DNA of 64,000 nucleotides from Candidatus Latescibacterota bacterium. GTDB taxonomy: Bacteria > Latescibacterota > UBA2968 > UBA8231. Shown in pieces: positions 50,820 to 60,282 of the stretch (position 1 is the first letter of the stretch; each line of letters starts with the position of its first letter). The stretch spans positions 2,368,001 to 2,432,000 of the forward strand of contig OZ242318.1 in assembly GCA_965208105.1 (NCBI GenBank), read 5' to 3'. The notes under the pieces were generated by a model that searched no databases, was not told where the DNA came from, and saw only the letters and a program-made list of their open reading frames with translations. Made by a program: the position numbers and the translations under genes.

Positions 50820-52544
50820 TCAATCGCGGGCGTCAACTTTGCCTTTTCCGCGTTGCAAGGTAACAATTTGATTGACTGCAAAGGCACCGAAAATTTCGCG
50901 ATCCCCATCCGGCCAACGAACCACAACCTCCCCAACCCGATCGGCACTTCCCATACCGAAATGTGCCCGTGGGTCGTTGGCCGCCAGGTAGCTGTAGGCC
51001 GACCGAATTTCGCGCCGCTTCTTTTCATTCCCTGCCTCGAAGCTCACCTCGGCTCCGAGGGCATCGCTTCCGTGCTGGTTGAGCACCCTGAAAACAATCC
51101 AGTTGCCCCTTCCGGTGACGATATTGAACAGCAGGTAAGCCGGTGCATCCCGGTTGACTACCAGCACGTCCACCCCGCCGTCGTTGTCAACGTCGCCAAA
51201 GGCAGCCGCCCGGCTCGTGGCCACCAGTGGTCGGGCTGTCCCCCCCATGGGATCCACCTCCTCGAATCGGGGACCCGGCCGCCCCCGAAAGAGCAGGTTG
51301 GGCTCGGCAAATGGATCGCCGGAGTATCGCTGGATATTGTTCTGCTCGACGCGGCCGTTGACTTCAAAGATATCAGGCAGACCATCGTTGTCGAAATCGA
51401 GGATGCCCACGCCAAAACGGGTAAAGGGATAGCCTCCCCAGGCCAATCCGACCGCGGCAGTGGCATCGGTGAAGTAATCGCCCTGGTTGCGAAAGAATGA
51501 ATCCGTTTCGTGGCGAAGATTGACGACCAGCAGATCGAGGAATCCATTGCCGTCGAGGTCGTCGGCACTGACCCCCATGCCCGCCTTGACCTGTCCGCTA
51601 TGGTCCAGGGCACAGCCCCGCAGCAGCGCCTCCTCGGAGAATGTGCCCCCCCCCTGATTCAGCCACAGATGGTTCATGCTTCCGTCGTTGGCCACGAAGA
51701 TATCGGTGCGGCCGTCGCCGTCGAAGTCGCCGCATACAACCCCCAGGCCGTTTCCACGCGCCCCCCGGATACCGGAATCGCCCGACACATCCACGAAGCT
51801 GCCGTCACCCTCGTTGCGATAGAGAACGTCCGGCGTCGGTGCGTCGTATATGCCGGGCAGGCAATAATCCGGCTTGCCCAGGGCGCTGGCGCACTCCCGC
51901 TCTGCGGAGATGGACCAGCCGACATAGTTGCTCGCGAACAGATCGAGGTCGCCGTCGGCGTCAAAGTCCAGGAATGCCGCACTGGCCCCGCACCCTTCAT
52001 CTCCTACCCCCGCGGAGGCAGTTACGTCGGAAAATCGCCCCTCTCCGACATTCTGCAGCAGGACGTTCGCACCGACATTGGTCAGGTAGAGATCGGTGTC
52101 GCCATCGTTGTCATAGTCTCCCGCGGCCACCCCCATCCCATAGCCTCGATCGCCGGCGCCGCTGGCGGCCGTGACATCCTCGAAGTACCCTCCGCCCAGG
52201 TTGCGGAAGAGCTGGTTGGGAGGCCCGGGCAATCCATCCCCTGTCAAGCTTCCCCCCTGCACCAGGTAGGCGTCGAGATCGCCGTCGGCGTCCATGTCGA
52301 AGAGTGCTCCTCCTCCAGCTACAATTTCGGGAAGCAAATGGCGCTCCTTGTGTCCGGACTCGAAAACGAAATCTATCCCCCGTTCCTTCGCGGTCTCTGC
52401 AAACCAGGGAAGGGTTCCCGGATTCTCCACGTCCTTTTCAGGCAGGCGCGGCACACCTTCCTCCGGGGCGTTGCAGCACAGGGACAAAAGGCAGATCATG
52501 CCCGCGGCCGGCAGCACTCGGCTGCGCCCGACCCCACGGTCCAC
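50820..52544 (-). CDS. CRTAC1-like lipoprotein (FG-GAP repeats + ASPIC/UnbV), copy 2
   Basis: LLSLCC lipobox-like motif; same motifs as copy 1 (PWF..AKERGIDFVF.SGH, SRAAAFGDVDNDG, SYLAANDPR). Confidence 0.9.
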   Translation of the reverse strand: MDRGVGRSRVLPAAGMICLLSLCCNAPEEGVPRLPEKDVENPGTLPWFAETAKERGIDFVFESGHKERHLLPEIVAGGGALFDMDADGDLDAYLVQGGSLTGDGLPGPPNQLFRNLGGGYFEDVTAASGAGDRGYGMGVAAGDYDNDGDTDLYLTNVGANVLLQNVGEGRFSDVTASAGVGDEGCGASAAFLDFDADGDLDLFASNYVGWSISAERECASALGKPDYCLPGIYDAPTPDVLYRNEGDGSFVDVSGDSGIRGARGNGLGVVCGDFDGDGRTDIFVANDGSMNHLWLNQGGGTFSEEALLRGCALDHSGQVKAGMGVSADDLDGNGFLDLLVVNLRHETDSFFRNQGDYFTDATAAVGLAWGGYPFTRFGVGILDFDNDGLPDIFEVNGRVEQNNIQRYSGDPFAEPNLLFRGRPGPRFEEVDPMGGTARPLVATSRAAAFGDVDNDGGVDVLVVNRDAPAYLLFNIVTGRGNWIVFRVLNQHGSDALGAEVSFEAGNEKKRREIRSAYSYLAANDPRAHFGMGSADRVGEVVVRWPDGDREIFGAFAVNQIVTLQRGKGKVDARD

Positions 52545-52547
52545 TGG

Positions 52548-53963
52548 TCACCCCTTCGAGCTTTTCAAGCGCCGGACTTCCTCCAGGAGAACCTCGATTT
52601 TCCGCGAACCGGGATTCAGCTCAGCCGCGCGTTCGAGCGCAATCTCGGCCTCGTCGAACACCCCCAGTTCCTTCTTCGCCCGGCCGATTTCCACAAACGC
52701 CTGGGTAAAGGTCGAATCGAGCTCGACGGCGCGCTGCAGATGGCCAATGCCCGCTCCCCATTCCCCGAGCCTGCACCGGACCTGGCCCAGCTGCAAAAGG
52801 AGGAATGTATCATCCGGATTGAATCGCAGCCCCTGGGTGAAAACCGAGGCTGCGGCCCGGTCCTGGTGCATATCCGCCAGGACCATGCCCTTCGCCCGGT
52901 AAGCCGTGATCAGGGTCGGATCAAGGGCAAGAGCCCGGTCCAGGTGGTCCAGTGCCCGGGACGGATTTTGCATCTCGATGTGCAGGCCCGCCACATTGCC
53001 GTGGAGCTTGGCGTTGTCCGGGAACCTGGTCAATCCGGTCTCCAGAATCTCCAGTGCCCTGGCGTAATCTTTCTTCTTCCTGTAGACCTCGCTGATCCTG
53101 TTGAGGACGGCCAGGCTTTGGGGATGGCGCCGGTGCAGATCTCTCAGCAAATGCATGGCAGCGTCCAACCTTCCCGCCGCGGCGAGCTGGCCGGCCATGG
53201 CGAATTCCGCCTTCAACCCCCTTGTGTATGGCGCCAGCTCCGCGTCCCACCTGTCGCGCCACAGGGGCTTGACACCGGCCCCGCGCTCCAGCTCGGCGCC
53301 TGCTTCTTCCCATCGCCCCATCCTCCTGTAGGCGGTGCCCAGAAGCAGACGGGCATATCCATCATCTGGACTTTTCCTTAGAAATTTCTCGAGAACCATG
53401 GCTGCTTTCCGGGGCTGATTCCCCTGCAAATAGACGCGCCCGAGGGCCCACCAGCCTGCGGGATCCTCGGGGTTCAGCTCGATGGCGCGTTTGCACGAAG
53501 CCCGCGCCCGCTCCAGGTGTCCCTGGGCGAGATACCACAGACCCAGGCGCCAGTGAACCGGGGAGTAACCCGGCTCCAGTTCGGCCGCTCTCTGCGCCGC
53601 GGCTATCGCTCCCGCCTGGTCCCCCAACCGCGTCCTTACCCGTGCGACCCGGTACCATCCTTTTGGATGGGAAGCGTCGATGGCAAGGGATCTCTGGTAG
53701 CTGTCGAGAGCCAGGGAATCCAGAGCGTTTGCTTCATAGACCATACCCAGGCGCATCCACAGCCTCGGATTGCCTCCATCTGCGGAGACCTGCCCCAGGG
53801 TGCTCTCAACGAGTGCGACCACTCCCGGGTCGTGGCCCTTCAGGATGTCTGGAGCCGAAAGGGGACGGCTTGCCGATTGGGAACGGGAGAGCACCACGGC
53901 CATGGCTGCCACCGCCGCCGCGGCCGTCAAAAGCAATGCGCAATGTGCTTTCCCGAGTCGCAT
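52548..53963 (-). CDS. N-terminally anchored TPR-repeat protein, copy 2
   Basis: MRLGKAHCALLLTAAAAV corresponds to copy 1 MRLGKKSIALLIVAAAAV; colinear TPR repeats. Confidence 0.88.
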   Translation of the reverse strand: MRLGKAHCALLLTAAAAVAAMAVVLSRSQSASRPLSAPDILKGHDPGVVALVESTLGQVSADGGNPRLWMRLGMVYEANALDSLALDSYQRSLAIDASHPKGWYRVARVRTRLGDQAGAIAAAQRAAELEPGYSPVHWRLGLWYLAQGHLERARASCKRAIELNPEDPAGWWALGRVYLQGNQPRKAAMVLEKFLRKSPDDGYARLLLGTAYRRMGRWEEAGAELERGAGVKPLWRDRWDAELAPYTRGLKAEFAMAGQLAAAGRLDAAMHLLRDLHRRHPQSLAVLNRISEVYRKKKDYARALEILETGLTRFPDNAKLHGNVAGLHIEMQNPSRALDHLDRALALDPTLITAYRAKGMVLADMHQDRAAASVFTQGLRFNPDDTFLLLQLGQVRCRLGEWGAGIGHLQRAVELDSTFTQAFVEIGRAKKELGVFDEAEIALERAAELNPGSRKIEVLLEEVRRLKSSKG

Positions 53964-54028
53964 ATCGCCGGCGGCTCCTGATCGCCCGGTGCACCGCCCC
54001 CTGCTCGTGGTGGGGAGCCAGAAACGCC

Positions 54029-54297
54029 GCAGGGGCAGATTTTGCAATCCACCCCCGCAGCACAAAACCCCGAATCCATCCAGCCCGCAGGCTCGGGACA
54101 GGACCATATCCGGCAGTACGGCATCTTTACGGGAGGGATTCTGGGATTCCCCCCGGAAACTACTGCGCTACCACTGCCGGACTGCTCGCCTTTCCACCCA
54201 GGTCACTGAAATGTTCCGCCGGACCTCAGGTGAGCCTCGCCATGGTTGAGCACCGTACGTTGTACAGGGGCAGATTTCCCAATCCACCCCTGTACAA
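54029..54297. repeat. Two related REP-like hairpins
   Basis: CAGGGGCAGATTT..CAATCCACCCC at 54030-54055 and 54265-54290; the second has an 11-bp stem TTGTACAGGGG/CCCCTGTACAA. Confidence 0.55.
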
Positions 54298-54326
54298 ATC
54301 GAGACACTGACTAAGGCCCGCCGGCC

Positions 54327-56318
54327 TTATTTCAGCAATGTCATCGAATGGGTGGCGGAGAAATCACCGGCCACCATCCGATAGAAATAGACCCCGCTGG
54401 AGACCTGCTCGCCATACCGGTCGAGGGCGTCCCAGGTGGCCTTGTAGGACCCCGCGCCCAACTCCCGGTCAACCAGGCTGTTGACCACCTGGCCGGCGGC
54501 GTTGTAGACATCGATTCTGACGTGCCCGTAAGCCGGCACGGCAAAGTCGATGGCGGTCTCGGGGTTGAAGGGGTTGGGATAGGCCGCGCCCAGGGCGTAG
54601 CTGTCCGGGGTGCCGGCGCTTCCCACTGCTTCGACGGCCGTCACCGCGCCCAACCGGGCGGTCTGCAGATCGAAGGGGACGTGGACCAGCATACCCAGCC
54701 TGTATCCATTGGCGCCTTCCTCGATTTCCGCCCCAAGGTCATTGGTCAGGATCTTCCATCCGGCGGCATCCCAGTACATTCCGTCCCACGGTCCCGGGCT
54801 GCCGGCATTGGGACCGCGATAAGGCTCGCCGCTAACCCTGGAGATGTCGTTCTGGATTATGGCGCAGCCCGTGTTCAAGGCAGGCCGCATGGGTGCGAAG
54901 TTCTTGGAGTCCGCCCACATCCTGAACAACCCGGTACCATCGCGGCCCAGTACTTCGTAGGCGGAACCGAGGTGATTGTGCCGCGGGCTGTAGACGGCTA
55001 TGTGGCCGGAGAGGTCTGGCTGCAGGCGGATGACGATACCGTTCTGGGCGCCGTTGGTGCCGACGTCTCCACCGATACCTCGGGCGGAGGCGACCTCGGC
55101 GGAGATCTGATCGGCATAGACATCGCCGGGACCATTGACCCAGATCAGGTTTCCGTCCCAATCCAGCTTGATCACGTTGGTGGACCTCCAGCCGGCGACC
55201 CAGAGGCCGCTTTCATCGGCGACGACGCCGGACGGACCGCCGCCACTGATGGTCTCGTTGTTGTTGTCATCCAGGCGAATTCTGAAGAAGAACTCCCTGA
55301 TATGGTCCCAGGACTTGAGGTGCTCGCCGGTGTCCCTGTCCCAGAAATTGAGCTTGCCCGCAGGTGGATCGGAACCGCTCCAACTCGGCGAGATGAGCAT
55401 GTTGTTCCAGATGGCGACCTGCATGGCATTCTCTTCATCCGGAGGTCCGGGGGTACCTGCAAGGCCATTCTCGCCGAAATCCGTAACCGGCTCGAAGGCC
55501 CTGGCGGCGCGGTTGGCCCTCATCTTGATAACGCCGGAGTTTTCGTTCCAGCTGGATTGGCTTATGAAGAAAATGTCGTCCGAGCTTGGATCCGGATAGA
55601 GGCCCCCGCGGGATTGCGGCTCCAAATCGTTGAGCTCGTTGTAGACGTTTTCGGCGCTCCAGACCTCCCAGGCGGTGGGATTCGCAATGAAGTCCGTGCC
55701 CAACTGGGCGCGGAAGATTGAATTTCGGGGCGACCACCCGGTATTGGCGTTGAATCGCTCCTCCTGTATCCCCCAGACCTCGTTGGTGCGCAGGTCGAGG
55801 ATGGTGTCGTCGAAATCCCCGTAGTTGGTCGGAGCCACGAGGGTCGCCTCGTCGAGGATATTGAACCCGATGACGTCGAATTCATAGCTCCCCGATCCGA
55901 CCGCGTTGCCCTCCCAGTCATTGCCGTCCCACCTGATCGAGTTGTTGCCGGCCTCGAGGGTGGCACCAGCCGGATTCGGTGCAATGGCGATGAACTTGTC
56001 TTGGGGCTGCAGCCGCTGCACGGCGCCGAAGAGACTGGTCGCTCCTGTCTCGTTATTGCCGATCTCGTAGATGGCGACCCACACCATGGCGCGCTGGTTC
56101 ATGCTGAAGCTGATGTCCACCGCACCGTTTCCGTCCCAGGCCACATCCGAGGTGGAAATCCGCAGGGGATTCACCGGAGGAACCCTGCTGAGGCGGAGAG
56201 CCTCGGCTTCGAAGGTCTCCGGCACCGGTGCCGAAGCCGGATAGGTTTCGGCACCCGCGAACCCACTGGCCAGGATGGCCACCGCAAGCCCGGATAGGGT
56301 AATTTGCATTCTTCGCAT
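54327..56318 (-). CDS. Secreted protein with N- and C-terminal FlgD-Ig-like domains (T9SS-like sorting tail)
   Basis: Signal peptide; N-terminal WDGNDWEGNAVGSGSY; C-terminal YPNPFNPETAIDF...IDVYNAAGQ...WDALDRYGEQVSSGVYFYRM...MTLLK. Confidence 0.85.
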   Translation of the reverse strand: MRRMQITLSGLAVAILASGFAGAETYPASAPVPETFEAEALRLSRVPPVNPLRISTSDVAWDGNGAVDISFSMNQRAMVWVAIYEIGNNETGATSLFGAVQRLQPQDKFIAIAPNPAGATLEAGNNSIRWDGNDWEGNAVGSGSYEFDVIGFNILDEATLVAPTNYGDFDDTILDLRTNEVWGIQEERFNANTGWSPRNSIFRAQLGTDFIANPTAWEVWSAENVYNELNDLEPQSRGGLYPDPSSDDIFFISQSSWNENSGVIKMRANRAARAFEPVTDFGENGLAGTPGPPDEENAMQVAIWNNMLISPSWSGSDPPAGKLNFWDRDTGEHLKSWDHIREFFFRIRLDDNNNETISGGGPSGVVADESGLWVAGWRSTNVIKLDWDGNLIWVNGPGDVYADQISAEVASARGIGGDVGTNGAQNGIVIRLQPDLSGHIAVYSPRHNHLGSAYEVLGRDGTGLFRMWADSKNFAPMRPALNTGCAIIQNDISRVSGEPYRGPNAGSPGPWDGMYWDAAGWKILTNDLGAEIEEGANGYRLGMLVHVPFDLQTARLGAVTAVEAVGSAGTPDSYALGAAYPNPFNPETAIDFAVPAYGHVRIDVYNAAGQVVNSLVDRELGAGSYKATWDALDRYGEQVSSGVYFYRMVAGDFSATHSMTLLK

Positions 56319-56949
56319 CTCTTTTTTCTCCAAGTGACTGTAAAACAACCCGCCGCTGTCTGTCAGTCCATGTTTAAAAAAAATCGAAAAGCAGCAAGGT
56401 TAATTTTGTGAATGTTAACGAGGAAACAAGGGTGCTATCAGCATTAAACCCCCTTGCCTACGAATTTCTGTGATCTACAATGGCCCCATCCGAAATTTAC
56501 CTCCTTTCTGCGAGATCCGTCTGGGGTCGAACGCTAATGGTGGCAGGATTGCCAAGTGAGTGGTGTAACGGCAAAAAGTTAGGAAGCTGAAGACCTCTCA
56601 TTCAGGCCATTCGGGCTACAACCCTGCTCTCAAGGTTTATACATTGGCGTAACTTTTTGATATCCCTTGAGATAGGAAATTAGGTAAACTAGCTTGTTCT
56701 GGTTCTTTTTCTATATATATCTAACTATATATTAAATTGACCACATGAATGTCAAGTAAATTTTCTTTGGTTTTGGTTTTCCTGATTTAAAGCAGTAAGA
56801 TATGGACTGGTCCGATCCGGCTTGGATTCAATCCCCTGTCAAGCGTAGACCAGCCAGGTTACGGAACTGTTACCACCGGGTTGCATTGAGTTGTAGTTTG
56901 TCCTTCGGCTCCGCCGAAGACCAAAATCCGGCTTTTTTGGAGGGAAAAA

Positions 56950-58770
56950 ATGAGTGTCCAATCGACCGAACAAACCTCTCTGGCCTGCCTCCCTGACGGA
57001 ACGCTGTTCGGAATCTGGAAGGACAGGACGGACTACGGAAAGGCCTACTACGTCGATCAGCAGCATCCCGAGGCGGCGGACGAAAACCCCGGCAGCGAAG
57101 ACGCGCCGTTCCTGACGATTCAGCGCGCGGCAGAGGTGGTCGCTCCCGGCGAAAAAGTCCTGATCAAGACGGGAATCTACCGCGAATGGATAAGACCCCG
57201 GCGCGGGGGAACCGGAATGGACGGGATGATCAGCTTCGAGGCCGCCCCTGGCGCACGGGCCATCATCAGTGGATCCCGAGTCCTCGAAGGCCGCTGGGAG
57301 CTATCCCGATGGCCCGCGCGAATTTCAGTGGATTCCTGGATGACCCGCCTGCCCGGGGAGTTCTTCGCCGGCGATCACCCGTTCGCCCTGGTAAATACGA
57401 CCGAGGAGGATTTCGAGATCATGCGCTGGGCCAGGGCCGTGCGCGGGAAGGTGCCGCATACGCTGCGGCGCGCCATGGTCTTTCAGAATGGCCGCCGCCT
57501 TACCCAGCTTTCATGCTATGGGGACATGCACCGAGTTCCCGGCTCATTCTGGGTGGATGCCGGGGAACAGCGATTGCACGTCAACCCCTTCGGGCGCAGC
57601 CATCCCGACACTCAGCAGTTCGAGGTCACCGAGAGGCAGTACCTGTTCAAGCCCATGCTCAATGGGATGGGATTCCTCCGGATCAAGGGACTCACCTTCG
57701 AGCACGCGGGAAACGGGTTCGTGCGTTCCGGGAACGGCGCGGTCAATACCTGGGGCGGCCATCACTGGATCATCGAAGCCAACACCGTGCGCCAGATCAA
57801 CGCGGTGGGCGTGGAGATCGGAGCTTGGACGGACGAGCACGTCGACCGGGGACCGGTGGAGGAGCTTGAGGAGAGAACGGGAGACCACATCGTGCGCGGC
57901 AACCACGTCCACGACTGCGGCACGGGAGGCATCCAGGGCACCGTGGTGGCCCGGAGCCTGGTGGCCGGCAACCACATCCACGACTGCGGCTGGCAGGAGG
58001 CGGAACCCTACTGGGAAACCGCGGGCATCAAAATCCTCTACACCAACTCGGCTCTAGTGCAGGGAAACCACATCCACCACTGCTACGCCGCCCCGGGGAT
58101 CTGGATCGATTTCATGAACAGGAATACGCGGGTATGCCGGAATCTCGTGCACCATATCTCGTCATACCACGGGGGCATCTTCTTTGAAGCCTCGAATGCT
58201 CCCAACCTGATCGACAACAATATCGTCCACCAGGTGAACGGCAGCGGCATCTACCAGCACGACTGCGACCTCCTCCTCATAGCCCACAACCTGGTGTTCG
58301 ACTGCAGTACCGCCGGAATCCGCATGCTGAAGAACAAGGACCGGGACAGAGTAGGTCTGGGCAAAAACAACCGGGTTATAAACAATATCGTCGCCGAGTG
58401 TGCGGTCCCCGTTGATTATTTCGATTCAGAAAACTCCTCGGACCACAATATCTTCGCCGGGTTGGACAAATCGTTCGACCTGGAGGCCTGGAGGGCAAGG
58501 GGCCTGGACCGCAGCAGCCGCGTGGCGAACATCGAAATCTCGGTCGATCCCGCCGACCGAAGCATGGCCTGGTCGGCGCGGACCGACGAGGACCTCAGGG
58601 TGCCGCGTCACGAATTGCTGAGCTCCGATTTCTTCGGCCGCCCGCATCCCGAAGGAAAGGAAGTTTCTCCGGGACCGTTCACCGAAGGTTGGACCCCGAC
58701 CACCCGCCGCCTTCTGGTCCTCCCCGGGGAATGCAGCCGTATCCCATCCGGACCCGGGGCGACCGAATGA
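56950..58770 (+). CDS. Right-handed parallel beta-helix protein (DUF1565-like N-terminus; pectin-lyase fold)
   Basis: YYVD...DENPGSEDAPFLTIQRAAEVVAPG..VLIKTGIYRE; repeated N.IH.C / GI motifs; GGAGG RBS. Confidence 0.85.
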   Translation: MSVQSTEQTSLACLPDGTLFGIWKDRTDYGKAYYVDQQHPEAADENPGSEDAPFLTIQRAAEVVAPGEKVLIKTGIYREWIRPRRGGTGMDGMISFEAAPGARAIISGSRVLEGRWELSRWPARISVDSWMTRLPGEFFAGDHPFALVNTTEEDFEIMRWARAVRGKVPHTLRRAMVFQNGRRLTQLSCYGDMHRVPGSFWVDAGEQRLHVNPFGRSHPDTQQFEVTERQYLFKPMLNGMGFLRIKGLTFEHAGNGFVRSGNGAVNTWGGHHWIIEANTVRQINAVGVEIGAWTDEHVDRGPVEELEERTGDHIVRGNHVHDCGTGGIQGTVVARSLVAGNHIHDCGWQEAEPYWETAGIKILYTNSALVQGNHIHHCYAAPGIWIDFMNRNTRVCRNLVHHISSYHGGIFFEASNAPNLIDNNIVHQVNGSGIYQHDCDLLLIAHNLVFDCSTAGIRMLKNKDRDRVGLGKNNRVINNIVAECAVPVDYFDSENSSDHNIFAGLDKSFDLEAWRARGLDRSSRVANIEISVDPADRSMAWSARTDEDLRVPRHELLSSDFFGRPHPEGKEVSPGPFTEGWTPTTRRLLVLPGECSRIPSGPGATE

Positions 58771-58842
58771 AGTCCTTCCCTCAGGTGCCTGCGCCCGGGC
58801 GCGCCCGGTCTCCCCGCCTCCTCCCGCTCTCCGCGGTGAGGC

Positions 58843-59979
58843 TCAATGCGGATCGACGCGAAACTTCTCCACCACGTCCTGGTTCAGCTCGAATCTCAGT
58901 CCGGGACGCCGAGGCACGGCATACTGGCCATTCTCGTCCGGCCCGGGGTTGGGCTCCAGCAAATCGGAGATGACGGGCGAGTCCGGAAAGGCCATCGGGG
59001 TCTCGATGTAGGGCATATTGGGCAGCACCGCGGCGAGGTGGATCTCGGCGGCCACACCTACCACGTGGCACCACGCATGCGGAACACAGAGAAGGCCGCG
59101 CCGAAAGGCCGCCTCGGCGATGCGCGTGATCTCGCGCACGCCACCGGAGCGCACGGAACTGGGCTGGACCACGTCCACCCTGCCTCGGCTCATCAGGTCC
59201 TCGAACTCGAAGCGGGTGGAGAAGCCCCAGTCCCCGGCGGCAATGCGGGTATCCACGGCATCGGCCAGGCGCGCGTAGCCCTCCAGGTTGTCAGCTGGCA
59301 GCGGCGCCTCGACGAAGTACGGGCGATACTCCTCGATGGCGCGGATGGTCTCCACCGCCTGGCCCACCTCTCCCCACTGGTTCTGCACGTCTATCAGCAG
59401 CGCCACCTCCGGGCCGATGGTCTCGCGCACGGCGCGGGTCACCTCCACGTCCCGACGCAGCCCGACCCTGCCGAATCCGCCGGGCCATTCCTCCAGTTTC
59501 ACCGCCCTGAAACCTCTATCCACCGCCAGGGCAAAGCGCTCGCGAGTCTCCTCGATGGTATCGCCGGGCGCGTACACCGTGGCATAGGGGGTCACTGTTT
59601 CCTCGATCTCGCCCCGGTCGCGCACGCTGCAGCAGGAATGCCAGATCAGCTCGCAGACCGGACGCCCCAGGGCCTTCCCGGCGATATCCCACAGGGCCGT
59701 TTCCACGGCGCCGATGGCGGCGATCGTCACCCCGCGCCGGCCGAAAAGCCCGGTTGCCGCGTACATCTTCTGCCACAGCCGCTCGACCTGGACGGGGTCC
59801 TCGCCAACGAGCAGGTTCTCCAGGCCTTCGCCGCAGTGCAGAATCGCGTCGATTACAAGGGAGGGGGACTCGGCCTGTCCCAGGCCGGTCAGCCCTTCGT
59901 CAGTATGCACCCGCACGATGGTTTCGTCGGCCTTGCCGGGATCCCGCAGGGCAATGGTTTCCAGGTCGGTTATCTTCAT
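58843..59979 (-). CDS. Mandelate racemase/muconate lactonizing enzyme family protein
   Basis: MKITDLE, VHTDEGLTGLG, GAVETALWDIAGKALG and VPH motifs. Confidence 0.88.
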   Translation of the reverse strand: MKITDLETIALRDPGKADETIVRVHTDEGLTGLGQAESPSLVIDAILHCGEGLENLLVGEDPVQVERLWQKMYAATGLFGRRGVTIAAIGAVETALWDIAGKALGRPVCELIWHSCCSVRDRGEIEETVTPYATVYAPGDTIEETRERFALAVDRGFRAVKLEEWPGGFGRVGLRRDVEVTRAVRETIGPEVALLIDVQNQWGEVGQAVETIRAIEEYRPYFVEAPLPADNLEGYARLADAVDTRIAAGDWGFSTRFEFEDLMSRGRVDVVQPSSVRSGGVREITRIAEAAFRRGLLCVPHAWCHVVGVAAEIHLAAVLPNMPYIETPMAFPDSPVISDLLEPNPGPDENGQYAVPRRPGLRFELNQDVVEKFRVDPH

Positions 59980-60282
59980 CTTCGCCTTCTCCTGCCTTTC
60001 TCTGCCGCACCGGTGAAATGGTAAAATAGCCGCGCTCCCCATTCGGCTCAACGCAGATCCTGTTCGGCATGACGGCAGCGGCCGGCGCGACCACCCGGGA
60101 ACCCGGGTCGGGCAGGCGGAAGGGGGGAGGGACCTGTCCGGGGGCCGGCGGCGGACCCACACTGCCGGGTCCCCTGGGCAAATGGCCCGATTTCTCTTGA
60201 GGGAGCAAACGCGGCAACCTATTATCAGCATTCCACATCTCGGCTTTCCACCTCGGACCCCATTCCCCGGGCAGGAGTGCTC

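Noticed and set aside
56738-56757. TTGAC...GTCAA inverted repeat in the AT-rich intergenic region as an operator
   Set aside because: Equally explained by back-to-back -35 boxes of divergent promoters; too weak to call
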